From Rhizaria sp. SCN 62-66 (lineage: Eukaryota), in NCBI GenBank assembly GCA_001724265.1, contig MEDY01000443.1:1-44337 (forward strand): a DNA stretch of 44,337 bases, in the 5' to 3' direction. Of this stretch, positions 31,403 to 42,608 are shown piece by piece; within the stretch, counting starts at the first letter, position 1; each line of letters starts with the position of its first letter. The position numbers and the translations under genes were made by a program. The notes below the pieces were generated by a model. That model was not told the origin of the DNA. It was given only the letters and a program-made list of their open reading frames with translations, and did not search any database.

Positions 31403-34400
31403 TTAAGCGGTCGCGCCCTTTTTGCGCACCATTTGTTCCAGTTCCGCGACGAGCGAGCGGGGGAACATTTCCCAGCGGCCCCAGCACGTGACCACGCCGG
31501 CCACACGCTCGCGTGCGCGTTCGACCGCAATCGAGCCGGCCAGCGCGCGCGCCGCAGCCATGGCGCCGGCAACAGCGTCGGTTGCGACAGCCTGCACTGC
31601 GGTGCGGTACAGTGCGGCGCCGGGCACGGGCGCGCGGAGCGAGTTGTACAGAATGTCGGACAGCAACAGCAGACGCGCCAAGCGCCGCGGGAAATAGTAG
31701 TCGTACTGGGGTTGGAAGTCAGGCAGCGTTGCTCCAGAGTCGACATCATCACCATACTCGTCATCTTCCTCGTCAGCACTGTAGCCGCTGTCGCTGTCGT
31801 CATCGTCTTCGTCGTTGTCGCCGTCATTGCCGCGACGGCCACGATCACGATCGCGGCCGCGGTCGCGGTCACGTGAGTCGCGGTCATCTGCGTACCGGCT
31901 GCGCTTAATCACGAAGCCACCCTCGCGCTCATCGTCACGGTTATCGTCGCCGTCGCCAGTGCCGCAATAATCGCTGCGCTTGCGGTCCTTGCGCGGCCGG
32001 TTCGACACGTCTCCCGGCCCTGGCGGCGCGCAGACCGCGTCAACGATGACATTGACAATGCCGACGGCGTGGCGGGCGTTGTGAAGAGCGAAGAGCATCG
32101 CGTTCGCAATGCTGCCGCGCTGCAAAGTCAAGCCGCGCAGGAGCCCCGCGAGAGAGGACAGAATGCCGGCGGGCACGGGCCGCGGCGCGCGCGGGCCCGG
32201 CGCCTGTAGCGCAGAAGCTGAAGCGGCATTCACAACAGATGGAACGAGAGAAGGCGAAGTAGCCGTGGCCATGGTGGCGGACTCGAGGGACTGTTCGGGC
32301 ATCTGCGTGACAGGCACAGCGTAGCAGGGCTTGTTTGCATTGCGCGCATTGCCTGCGACGCCAAACCCAGTCCAGAGCGCAACAGGAGCAGCGCCCAACA
32401 CAAAGCGGCCGGTGACGCCAGCGCTCATCGTCGTGGCGTTCGTGGTCGCCGTGAGCACAGTCGCGGCGGTCGCGGCGGACGAGGGCGCCGCGAGCAGCGG
32501 CTGACCGAGGACCTGGCAGCCGGCGGGCAGACCGAGCTGTGCCAGCGCGGCGGCCGACACGCGCTCGCAGTCGCGACCGTGCTCGCTGTCGCTGCCACTG
32601 CGCTTCTCGGCGTCGCTGCTCGCGAGACTCGAGTCGGCAAAAGCGGACGCGAGCGCGGCGGCGGCGACTGGCGGCGCTAGCAGAACAGCGGCCTCATTTG
32701 CCGGCACAGGCGACTGCGAACCCTCAGGCAGCGAGGCGAGATGCGTGGTGAGGCTGCGCATGTACGCGTTATACACCTCGTCCATGCCATCATCGGCGCT
32801 TGCACTCACATCATCACTATCAGAAGAGCCGTGATTGCGCGCACTGGGCACACAGAAGCTGAGCTGCTTCAGCACGCCGCGCTGCTTCTCTCGCGCAGCA
32901 CTCACATCCTTGCCGCTCTCATCATCATTATCAACAGTGGTGGGAGCGAGTGCGGCGGTCACGCGCGCAGTGAGCAGCTTCTCGAATCCGGCCCCGCGGG
33001 CCGCAACGTAGCGCGCCACGATCGCCGCAGCCTGCGCTTGCTTATCCTTGTCAATGCTCGCGCCTGAGTTGTGAGAGTTCGTGACTGTGAGCGAGCAGTC
33101 AACAGGCACGCAGTAGACGGGCGTGAGCGAGCGCGCCTGCGCCTGCGACCGAGCCTGGCCCATCCCAACGGCGAGCTCTGCGACGGCGGCCACTGCGGCG
33201 GCCGCGTTCGCTGCAGCGGCAGCAGCGGCAGCAGCGTCGTCATCGTCGTCCTCAACACCGAGGTTCGCGTCATTCGCTTTACTCGCGGCGCCACCGCCAC
33301 CCCCGCCCGGAAAGTCCATCCAGCTGACGGCGGCGCCCGCGCCCGCGCTGGCGCCCGCGTTGCGCTGGCGCGCCCAAAGCACGGCCTCTCGCGTGGCGAG
33401 CGGCGGCGCGGCGGGGTCGACGGCCACCGCACGCGCCCACCGCACCGAGACTTGCCTGTCGCGCACATAGCGCAAATTCTCGGCCTGCAGCGCCGCCGCG
33501 GCGTCGGTGCGAGCGACGAACGCGACGAAGCCCGTCAGCCGCGCGCGCGCGCGGTCTTCGTCCGTGCGCGGGTGCATGAGCTTGACGGCAGCGATGTCGC
33601 CGTAGGCCGCGAAGCGCTCGATGAGCTGCGACTCGCTCGCGTCGGGCGGTAGGTTCGTCACGACCAGATTCGTGCTCGACGCCAGCGACGGGTCGTTCGG
33701 CGCGCCCGGGAAGCTGACGGGGCCGCCGCCGGCGCCGCTGCCGGCGCCGCTGTTCGCGGGGGAGGCGGAGGGCATAAGGGCACCGGAAAGCATGAATGCG
33801 TCAATGGCCTTGATCTTGCCCTTCGTCGACGAGCTTGCACCGGTAGTACCAAGACTCGAGCTGCTAGAACCAGAGCTGTTCGCGGCAGCAAATGCAGCGG
33901 CGGCAGTCACGCCCTGCGCCTTGCCGCCACTCGGCGCACTGTTGCCGTCCTCTTCGCTGTCGTCGTCTGCGGCGGCAAACGCGGCCGCGGCAGAGATCTT
34001 GCCCCTGCCCGTGGCCACCATCGTCGCCGCCCCCTTGCTTCCGACGCCGCTGCCGCTGCTGAGCGCAAGCGGGGCGGCGACGGCGGCCAGCGCAGCCGCG
34101 GCAGCCGGGTGCGCACCGGGCTTGCCGCGCGCCGCCGCCGTGGCCGCCGCCGCGCGCCGGGCCACGACGAGCGCGCGCAGGCGCAGTGCCTCGGCGTCGG
34201 CGTCGGCCTCGTCGTCGCCGCCGCCGGCGCCCGCAACCGTGAGACCGGGGCCCGCGCCGAGCGACAGCGGTACCGACGCCAGCGCGGCGGCGGCGGCGGC
34301 GGTCGCGGCCGCGGAGGGCACGGCGGGCGATGGCGCCGCCGCAGCGGCTGCGGCAGCGGCATTCGCAGAGCGCGGGGGCAGTGGGAGCGAGGAAAACGAG

Positions 34401-35935
34401 GCGGGCAGCCCGAGCGACGCGGCGTCGCCGTGAATGAGCCCGTCGTCACCGTGACTGCGCTTGTCGCCGTTGTCGTCGTCCTTGTTCACCACGCCCGCGG
34501 ACACGAACGCCACCGCCGCCCCCGGCGCGCCCCTCTTCTTACCCCCATGACCGCGACCGTGGTCCTGCCCGTGCTCCTGCCCGTGACCGGGGCCGTGGCT
34601 GCCAGAGGTTTCCGTCGCGGGCTGCACGACGTACTGTTCGACAAAGCTGGCCAGCAGTCCGCCGACCGCGGCGCGCTCGTCCTCAAGCTTCTCGGCGCGC
34701 TCCAGCAGCGCCTGCTCGCGCACGGCGGCGCGGCGGCGGGCGGCTTCGGCGGCGCGCGCGGCAGTTGCGTTGAGCGCGGCCGCCGACGCCGCGGCGTGCA
34801 GAGCGTACTCACTACCGCCGTCGTTGCTACCGCGGTCGGCGCGGGCCGCGGCGCCGTCGCCGTGGTGCGCCGCGAGCACCTCCTGCTGCGCCGCAAAGGA
34901 CTTGAGCAGGTATTGCACGAGAGCATCGCGCTGCGTCGCGCCCATCACCTCGCCCTCATTCGCAGTGTCTGTCGCGGCGTCTTTAGCGCCATCACCACCA
35001 GTAGCCGCAGGAACAAAGGCAGCGGGCTTGCCGACAAGGCCGACGGCGAACACAGCGGCGACGGCGGCGGCGACGTCATCGGCCGTGGCCACGGGGGCCT
35101 GCGGCTGCGCCAGCGCCATCTGCCGCTGCAGCAGCGCCAGCCGCCGCGCCTCCAGCTCCGCCTGCTGCGCAGGCAACTGCGCCTGCGCTTGCGGCTGCGC
35201 GAGGGCAAGCGCGTGCGTCTCCGCCTGCAGCTGCGTGTACTCGTCGGTGTAGCGCGCACAAGCAGCTTCCCAGCGCCGGCGCAGCGCAGCGTCGAGCGCG
35301 GCGGTGATCGCGGCCATGTGCGCGCTGCTCACGGTCACCTGGTGCTCGCGGTCACTCTCGCTCTCGCTTTCGTGCTCGCTGCCGCTGCCACGGTCACGGC
35401 TACCACCGCGACTGCGAGAGCGAGAGTGACTACGGCTACGGCTATGGCTGCGGCTGCGGCGGCCGCGTTGGTTGCGACGGGCCTTGCGGCGGCGACGCTT
35501 GCTATTAAGATTGCTGTACTCTTGGCTCTTGTCGTCGTTGCCGTTGCCACGGTCCTTGTCGCGGCGAGGACTGGGACTACGGCTATAGTCACGCCGGCGA
35601 GGCCTGTCCTCGTCGCCGCCCCTATAACCGCCACGCGGAGATTGCGAGCGTGAGCGAGAACGTGAGTATGAACGACGGCGCTCGCGAGAGTCAGGAGGAG
35701 AGCGGTCGCGGTTGCGGTCAGTGTCATATCTACGATCGCAGTCGCGATCGCGCTCCCGCGATCGCATGCGTTGAGAGTCACCAGAAGCGCGGCTGCAGGG
35801 AGACGCGTCACGCCATTCGGTGCGAGGCGCGTGGCGGGCCTCGTGCGAGCGCTGGGGAGAATGCCCGTGCTACAGGGGCCGCTGCTGTTGCGGCGGTCGT
35901 CCCTGCGACGGGTGGGGCGAGGTGGGGTTGGACAT
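31403..35935 (-). CDS. U2SURP: U2 snRNP-associated SURP protein (SR140/U2SURP-like): RS region, RRM, SURP/SWAP-like segment, CID; in-frame TAG at 35870-35872 if translation starts at 35935
   Basis: RRM STNLVVTNLPP...YGDIAAVKLMHPRTDEDRARARLTGFVAF; SURP-like IVARYVAARGAGFEKLL; CID LLRGLTLQRGSIANAMLFAL...RLARLLLLSDILYNS...RVAGVVTCWGRWEMFP. The ORF track starts at ATG 35767, but the frame continues through one TAG to ATG 35935, where GC-rich sequence begins. The 5' end is the less certain part. Confidence 0.82.
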
Positions 35936-36712
35936 CTACCACCGACACCGGAGCGGAGGAGATACTGAGCTAGTTGAGGAGTGAAAGCAAAACAGCAGGG
36001 TGAGAAACTAGTCATACAATGTTGGAGCAACTTAGACACTTGTATACAGAGCAATGCAAGATGTGTACACGCGCAAAAGAGAGGATAACCAAGCTCTGGA
36101 GTGAAGTTGAGTCGAAAAATCAGGAGCTGGATTGACGGGATAGGTGTCGCCTGAAGAACTAGTATTTAGATATAATATGAGTCGGAAAAAATGAAAGTAG
36201 ATATGGCAGGATTGCAGCGAGTTTGACGATGTATGGAGCGTGCTTCAAGATGTTTGAGATCACCACAAGTGGGTCGACTGGGTGGGCCGAAAAAAGTAAG
36301 CCGCATTTCGGCAGCGATGAACGCGGAGACGCAAACTTGACTGGAGTACTCACAGAACATCGTAATAGAGCAGACAATTACTGCCAATAGCAGATGCTGT
36401 AGGGGAATATATCATATTAAAATTACATTTAGCCAGTGCGGTGCTAGAGCTCAAACGAGGGTGCTCTTGTTTCAATTCGGAGCCATCGGCTCGGCCCGGT
36501 CTCGTTGTCCTTTTGCTTCCTCTCACATCTGCTCCTTTCTCTTTAACTCTTTGTAGCCTCTACCTTACTCTTTCCTGACACAAGCCCTTGTTGCGAGTGT
36601 TTGTTACTCCCCGCGTGTTCCTCGTTCCGAGCCCACCCGCGCGCTTTCCCCCCTCTCCCTGTCAGACCGACACCGGCTCTCCCGCGCCCCGCTGTCACCT
36701 TAAGTCTCTGCC

Positions 36713-37357
36713 ATGTCGACCGCCATCACTGCCGAGGACGTGACGCGTCTGTTCCGCGTGCGCCGCACCGTGCTGCAAATGCTGAACCACCGCGGGTACA
36801 TCGTGCTCAAGGACCAGCTGGAGATGACGCTGGACCAGTTCAAGGCCGCCTTCGTGGACCAGTTCAACGACAACAAGCTGCGCGACCGTATCGAGCTCAT
36901 CGTCGCCAAGAAGGACGACGCCAACAAGAAGCTCATGGTCTTTTTCGGCAACGCCACGCGTCTTGGTGTGAGCGACGTGCGCAACTTTGTCTCGCGCCTC
37001 GAGACCGAGTCTGCGCAGTCGGCCATCATCATCGCCGAGTCGGCGCCCACGCCCGTGTTCAAGGACAACATCAATGTCACCAACGCGGCCGGCGTGTACC
37101 ACCTGCAGATGTTCGAGGACAAGGAGCTGCTGGTCAACATCACCGAGCACGTCCTCGTCCCGCTCCACGTCCCGCTCTCCAAGGACGAGATCAAGGAGCT
37201 GCTGCAGAAGTACAAGCTCAAGCTCTCGCAGCTGCCGCGCATCATGCTCGACGACCCCATCGCGCGCTACTACGGGCTCGCCAAGGGCGACGTCGTCAAG
37301 ATCATCCGCCAGTCCGAGACGGCCGGCCGCTACGTCACCTACCGCACCGTGCTTTAA
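36713..37357 (+). CDS. RPB5: RNA polymerases I/II/III common subunit RPB5 (214 aa)
   Basis: RLFRVRRTVLQMLNHRGY at the N-terminus; ELLVNITEHVLVPLH...QLPRIMLDDPIARYYG...VVKIIRQSETAGRYVTYR at the C-terminus. Confidence 0.98.
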   Translation: MSTAITAEDVTRLFRVRRTVLQMLNHRGYIVLKDQLEMTLDQFKAAFVDQFNDNKLRDRIELIVAKKDDANKKLMVFFGNATRLGVSDVRNFVSRLETESAQSAIIIAESAPTPVFKDNINVTNAAGVYHLQMFEDKELLVNITEHVLVPLHVPLSKDEIKELLQKYKLKLSQLPRIMLDDPIARYYGLAKGDVVKIIRQSETAGRYVTYRTVL

Positions 37358-37629
37358 GCGGGTCGGCGACGCAGGGTGCGCTCAGCGCGGCCGTTAAGTT
37401 ACTATTTTGCTATGCGACAGAGGAAGGAGGTATTATTTGAAGGATGGAAGAGCGTAATTTTTTTCACCATACACTAGACTTGTTATTTTCGTCATCTGCT
37501 CGATACATTGCGCTGATGGTATTTTGTGTTGCGTATTCTCTTTATTTTTATTTCTAACATTTGTTCACACTACATCTGTGTCGCCATATCGCGTCTTGCG
37601 TTCGAGTAGATTCTCGGTGTGTCGTGGGC

Positions 37630-38901
37630 ATGGATCTGTTCAGCCCTGTCCGCCTCACGCCTGGCGGCCGCCCCGTGCTTTCTGACAATGAAATCGAGCT
37701 TGTGTTGTCGACTCCCTGTGACTTGTATGACGGCGCGACGAAAAAGTACACCCGTGGTGTTGCCATGATCACCAGCAAGCGCTTGATTTACCAGCACACG
37801 ACTGCCAATGTCAACGTCTCTCTCGACCTCGCCGCCTTCGTCCGCTCTCTCTCCTCCGAGACCCCTTTCTTCGGCACTCCTAAGGTCATCTTCACCACCG
37901 TCAACGGCGCCAAGGTTATGATCAACTTCCCCGCCAACGCTGAACGCGACCGTTTCCGCGCCCAAGCAGACCACGCGCTCACCGACGCCCGCGCCACCGC
38001 CGCCGCTGCCGCAAAGAAGCCCGCCGCGGGCTCTCCCGCTGCCCCTGGCGCCCCGCCGGTCCCCGCGCATCCTTCTGCCGAGCCCGAGCCGGAGCCGGCG
38101 GCCGAGGGCTCGCTGGCCGCGCGCGGCATCGCTGGTATCCTCGCGCGCCGCGAGGCCGAGCGCAACACCGCCAACGCGACGCTCGCCGAGGCCTTCTCGG
38201 ACCTTTCCTCGCTCATGGCCAACGCGCAGCGCGCCGTCCAGCTTGCTGAGCGACTCCAGGCCAAGTCCGCCGCCGCGAGCGCCGCTGCGGGGACGTCGAC
38301 TGGCGGCGCGGGCTCTGGCGCGCCCTCCGCGTCTCAGGACGGCACGGCGGCAGCGTTGCTCGACGCCGCGCTCTCGCTCGGTATCGCGAGCCCTGTGACG
38401 CGGGCGGGTGCGGGCGCGGCGTTCCACGAGCAGCTCTCGCGGCAGCTGGTCGACGTGCTGGCGCCTGTGCTGCCGCGCGCGGGCGGCTCCATCGCGCTGC
38501 CCGACGCCTACCTGCTCGTCTCGCGCGCGCGCGGCAGCGAGCTGGTGTCGCCCGAGGACTTCCTCGCTGCGTGCCGGCTGTGGGCCGCGCTGCGGCTGCC
38601 GCTCGCGCTGCACACATTCCCCGCCACGGGCGTCGTTGTCGTCACTGCGCCCGGCGCAGACGCCGCCGCAGTCGCCGCGCGCATCCTCGCCCTGCTGCGC
38701 GAGCCCGTCTCTGCCAGTGCGACTGCGGGCGGGGCTGTTAGCCGGTGGCGCGGTCTCGCCGTGGCTGAGATTGCGGAGGCCGTGGGGGTGACCGTGAGCA
38801 TGGCGCGCGAGTGCGTGCGTGAGATGGAGCGCGGCGCGCGCAGCGTTGTGCGCGACGAGGGCGACGCAGCTGTGCGCTACTACGCCAACCAGTTCTGGTG
38901 A
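37630..38901 (+). CDS. VPS36: ESCRT-II subunit VPS36 (GLUE/PH domain plus EAP30 winged helices, ~423 aa)
   Basis: GLUE-like LYDG...GVAMITSKRLIY; GIAGILARRE...LAEAFSDLSSLMANAQRAVQLA; SLGIASPVTR...FHEQLSRQL...RARGSELVSPEDFLAAC; terminal YYANQF. Confidence 0.93.
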   Translation: MDLFSPVRLTPGGRPVLSDNEIELVLSTPCDLYDGATKKYTRGVAMITSKRLIYQHTTANVNVSLDLAAFVRSLSSETPFFGTPKVIFTTVNGAKVMINFPANAERDRFRAQADHALTDARATAAAAAKKPAAGSPAAPGAPPVPAHPSAEPEPEPAAEGSLAARGIAGILARREAERNTANATLAEAFSDLSSLMANAQRAVQLAERLQAKSAAASAAAGTSTGGAGSGAPSASQDGTAAALLDAALSLGIASPVTRAGAGAAFHEQLSRQLVDVLAPVLPRAGGSIALPDAYLLVSRARGSELVSPEDFLAACRLWAALRLPLALHTFPATGVVVVTAPGADAAAVAARILALLREPVSASATAGGAVSRWRGLAVAEIAEAVGVTVSMARECVREMERGARSVVRDEGDAAVRYYANQFW

Positions 38902-40182
38902 AGGCGACGGTTTGCTTGTACTACGCCCACGTGCACTGGTGGTGAGTGTGCTACTCAGCCAACTCGCTCTTGTGATAGGTTGGTGTTTCGTGCGCAAATG
39001 CTTTATCACGCAAACTTACTCTTAGTGTCGCGTTGCGATGTCGTAGCGTAATCTACGATTCTGATCCCGTTCCTTTCTTGTCCATCCTGTGTTTACTTGG
39101 ACGCCGTTCTCTTACCTAGTTTCATATTCTATAGTTTATTCGATTGTCACTGTCATTGTTTAAACCAACTCACAGCTCGTGTCTGTGAAACACCGGTTTG
39201 ATATTCGATACACAATCACTTTTTTTCTCCGTGCCGTGGTATCATGCACAACGCTCGTATGAATTCGTCGCGAGTGTTAGTGTGTTACATGTAGTATTAC
39301 AATAGTGCAACGTTGTATTATTCAGAAACGCGTACACACACATACAAAACACCTACATGATAAACCGGGACGGATCTTTAGGAAACCAAACGAAAAGAAA
39401 CAAGCACCCGCCTCTTACAGCGATACAGCGATAGGAGAGGCACGGATATGATAGCAGTGAAGATGGCGAGGGCGACAGAGGAACATCACCAACAACTTAG
39501 GTACAGTGGTAACATCATGCGACCGAATTGAAACAGATCAAATAAGGGAGAACAAACAGAAATGAATAAAAAAAACACATACGAAAAAAAAGAGGAAGGG
39601 AGGAATCAACATCGCCACCGAGTGCTCGTGGTCGCACGTTGTCACCAGTGCAGCGATGCTGGTATCACAAAACAAAACTTGCATATAAAAAGAAGGGAAT
39701 GGGGGAAGGAACACTAATACTAAGAAAAACAGTTCAAGTAGTGGTTCAACAATAACTAAAACGACAAGCAAGTCCATTTAAAAAAAATGAACAAGAAGCA
39801 GAAAAAACAAGAAAGCGGACTTCAACACACGCGACTTTGAACTGTGTGAGAGCTCTTTGTGTTTGACACGAGAGTTACATTATTCCAAAGAGTGTAACCA
39901 CACCAAAGAGCTGAAGCGATGCTCGTGGGCAGCAAGGGAGCGAATATCTTGTCACACACGCAGCGAGTGTGCTAGGAAAGCAGCACATTCGGCACGCATG
40001 TCCTGGTTGAAACAGAGAGAGCTCAACCTTGTTGCACGTCTGCACACAGCGTGAGTGCGTCGGTGCGCGCGTATATCTTATGTTGCTTTCAACTTTGCTC
40101 CGTACTCTGCGTTTTGCTCTTGCTAGCTGTTGAACACACATATTCACACCTACACGTTTACATAACCTCAGTCACGTGTGCA

Positions 40183-41967
40183 TTACACGCGGGGCGAGGG
40201 CGCGGCGGCCTCGGCAGCCTTGATCTTGTGCTCGATGGCTGAGTAGCGCGTCTTGTCGCGCTGCAGCAGGTCCTTGCAGGGGCCGAGCAGACGCTCGAAG
40301 GCGCCGCGGTCGAGACCGACCACGCGTACGGCCGACTGCGCGATCACGTTGGCCGCGCGGGGGCCCGAAGAGAGCAGTGCGAGCTCGCCGAAGTAGTCGC
40401 CGGGCCCGTACGACATGACGGTGCGCGGGACCGTGTCGCCGTCGAGCACTTTGGTCGCGACGGCGGAGCCGTCGAGGAGGATGTAGAAGCGGTCGTCCTT
40501 GGTGTCACCCATGGTGACGATGTACTCGCCCGCCGCGCACTCGCGCTCCACCAGTGCGTCGGCAACCTTGGCGCGCTCGTACTGGTCCAGCGACTGCAGC
40601 ACGGGCACGTTCTTGAGGAACTCCTCGTACTTGGAGCGCTTCTCGGCCGTGGAGCGGAGCAGGACGCGGCGGAAGGTCTGGCGGTCCATCGCCCACAGCT
40701 CAACGGTCGGCGACGCGGCCTTGATGCTAGCGGCGCGCGGCACGTTGTACATGAGCGCGAGCTCGCCGAAGGACTCGCCGTGCTGGTAGATCTTGACCAT
40801 CTTCTGCTCGAGCCCGATCTGGAGGTAGGTCTCGCACACGCCCTGGCCGACGACGTAGAAGTCGTTGCCCTCCTCGCCCTGCTTGATCACCCAGTCGCCC
40901 GCGGAAAAGACCTTGCGCTCCATGGCGTCGATGACGATGCCCATCTGCGCGTCGTCGAGGTCCGAGAACAGGATGTTGGACCGCACGGCGAGGCGGATCT
41001 GCTCGCGGTCGCTCGCCGACTTGGGGATCACGCGGTACGGGTCGTTGCTCAGCTCGCTCGGGTTCACCGTCTCGGCCGACACGCCCGGGCGCCGGCTCCC
41101 GCCGCGGCGGTTCTTCTGCGCGTCCTCCGGCGGCAGCGCGAAGACGGGCATCTCAGACGACGACGGCGGGCTCGCGGCCGCGGCGGCGGCGCGCCCTGCC
41201 GCGGCGGCCGCGGCGGCGGCCGGGTTGGAGCTGCCAGAGGCGTCCGAGGACGCCGAGGACGAGGACGCCGCAGACGAGGAAGACTTGTTCTCCTGCGCCT
41301 GGTAGTTGCGCAGGTACTGGATCATGAACTGAGGTGTGCGATGAGAAGATCGAAAAAAAAAAGGAGAACAAGAGGTGGGTTTGTGGGTGAGCGCGCGTGC
41401 AGGAATGAAAGAAGTCGAGGAGGGTTTGTTGCGTCGGAAAATTCGTCATACAGCGCGGCGGTGTTGCGGTCGCGCGGGAAAGGCGGTCGTGCCGTGTCGC
41501 ATCGCAGCGGTCGACGCGGGTCCGATAAAACACACTACAACCGCTTGCCACGCCCCTATCGCATCATTAAGTTCGTGGGAACAAAAGCGTAAAACAGCAT
41601 AGCCGTGCAGCGCAAGAGCACAGTCCCTCGACAAGCACGGGCGCAGAAGCCGGCTTGGCGAGAAACGGCTTGATGTCTCGATCGACCGAGGACATCAACG
41701 TCAGAGCCGCTGGACGAAGAAAACAAGGCCAGGGGTGGCAGGGGCAGCAAAGACGAGACAAGCTCACAAGCCAGTGACGGGAAGACAGCTCTAAACAATA
41801 CAAATGGCGGATTGCGCCGAAGAGAGTGGGGCACGTACCTCGACAGGATCCTCGGGGCACTCGGCAAAGATGGATGTGAGCATGCCTTTGACGACGTTGC
41901 TGAGGGTCTGGTCCGCGTACTGCGTCAAGCGACGCAACTCGCGGTCATACTCGTTGTCTTGGTTCAT
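40183..41967 (-). CDS. PKAR: cAMP-dependent protein kinase regulatory subunit; exons 41967-41839 and 41328-40183 (~424 aa)
   Basis: Dimerisation/docking domain split by the intron (IFAECPEDPVE|FMIQYL); inhibitor site RRPGVSAE; two cyclic-nucleotide-binding cassettes FGELALMYNVPRAAS and FGELALLSSGPRAAN. Intron 41838-41329 (GTACGT...CAG). Confidence 0.96.
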
Positions 41968-41972
41968 CGAAC

Positions 41973-42300
41973 CTGGGAAGCAGAAAAGAGCACAAAGCAA
42001 AGAAGGGGCATCAGCGTGTGAGGAAAGGTAGGAGTAAAGCCAGTCTCAAGAGAGGGGTCACGATACAGAAAATACGACGACGAGGATGTCAAGTAGGAAA
42101 AGAGTTATGAAATAAACAACAAAAAATAAGTCCCATATATCGACAAATACAACGGAAAATAATACTATCGACGCCAAGAACCCCAGCGAGGCGCAACAGA
42201 ATTCGCTCTGGCCAGCACGAGTCGAGCCACAGTCAGTCTCTGCAACAGCAACGGTTCCAGTCGGTGGCATCGTCGCTGACCGATCTTGAGACGCACTTAC
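41973..42300 (-). other. Probable 5'-UTR intron of the PKA-R gene
   Basis: Donor GG|GTAAGT at 42300 and a pyrimidine tract ending TTCCCAG at 41973, 5 nt before the ATG. Confidence 0.55.
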
Positions 42301-42608
42301 CCGCTCACGGTCACCTGGGTCAGACAGCGAGCGAGAGGGCCGCCACGGCACGCGAGACTTCGGTGATGTTTATGCTTTATTTCGTCCGACAAGGGATGAG
42401 TATAATATATTACCAAAAATTACATGACTTGATACGTATGGATCTAATGTTCAACTTTTGAAACAGTGTGATCCTGCCCTCAGTAAGGCAAGACCCGAGA
42501 CTCGTGCCAAAGCCCGTTTATTTGTGTTTTGTGGTGTTCCTATTGCTCACTTTCTTGCCTGCCATCCGCCCCTTTTCGCCCCCGTGACAGTCTATCCCCT
42601 TCACCACC

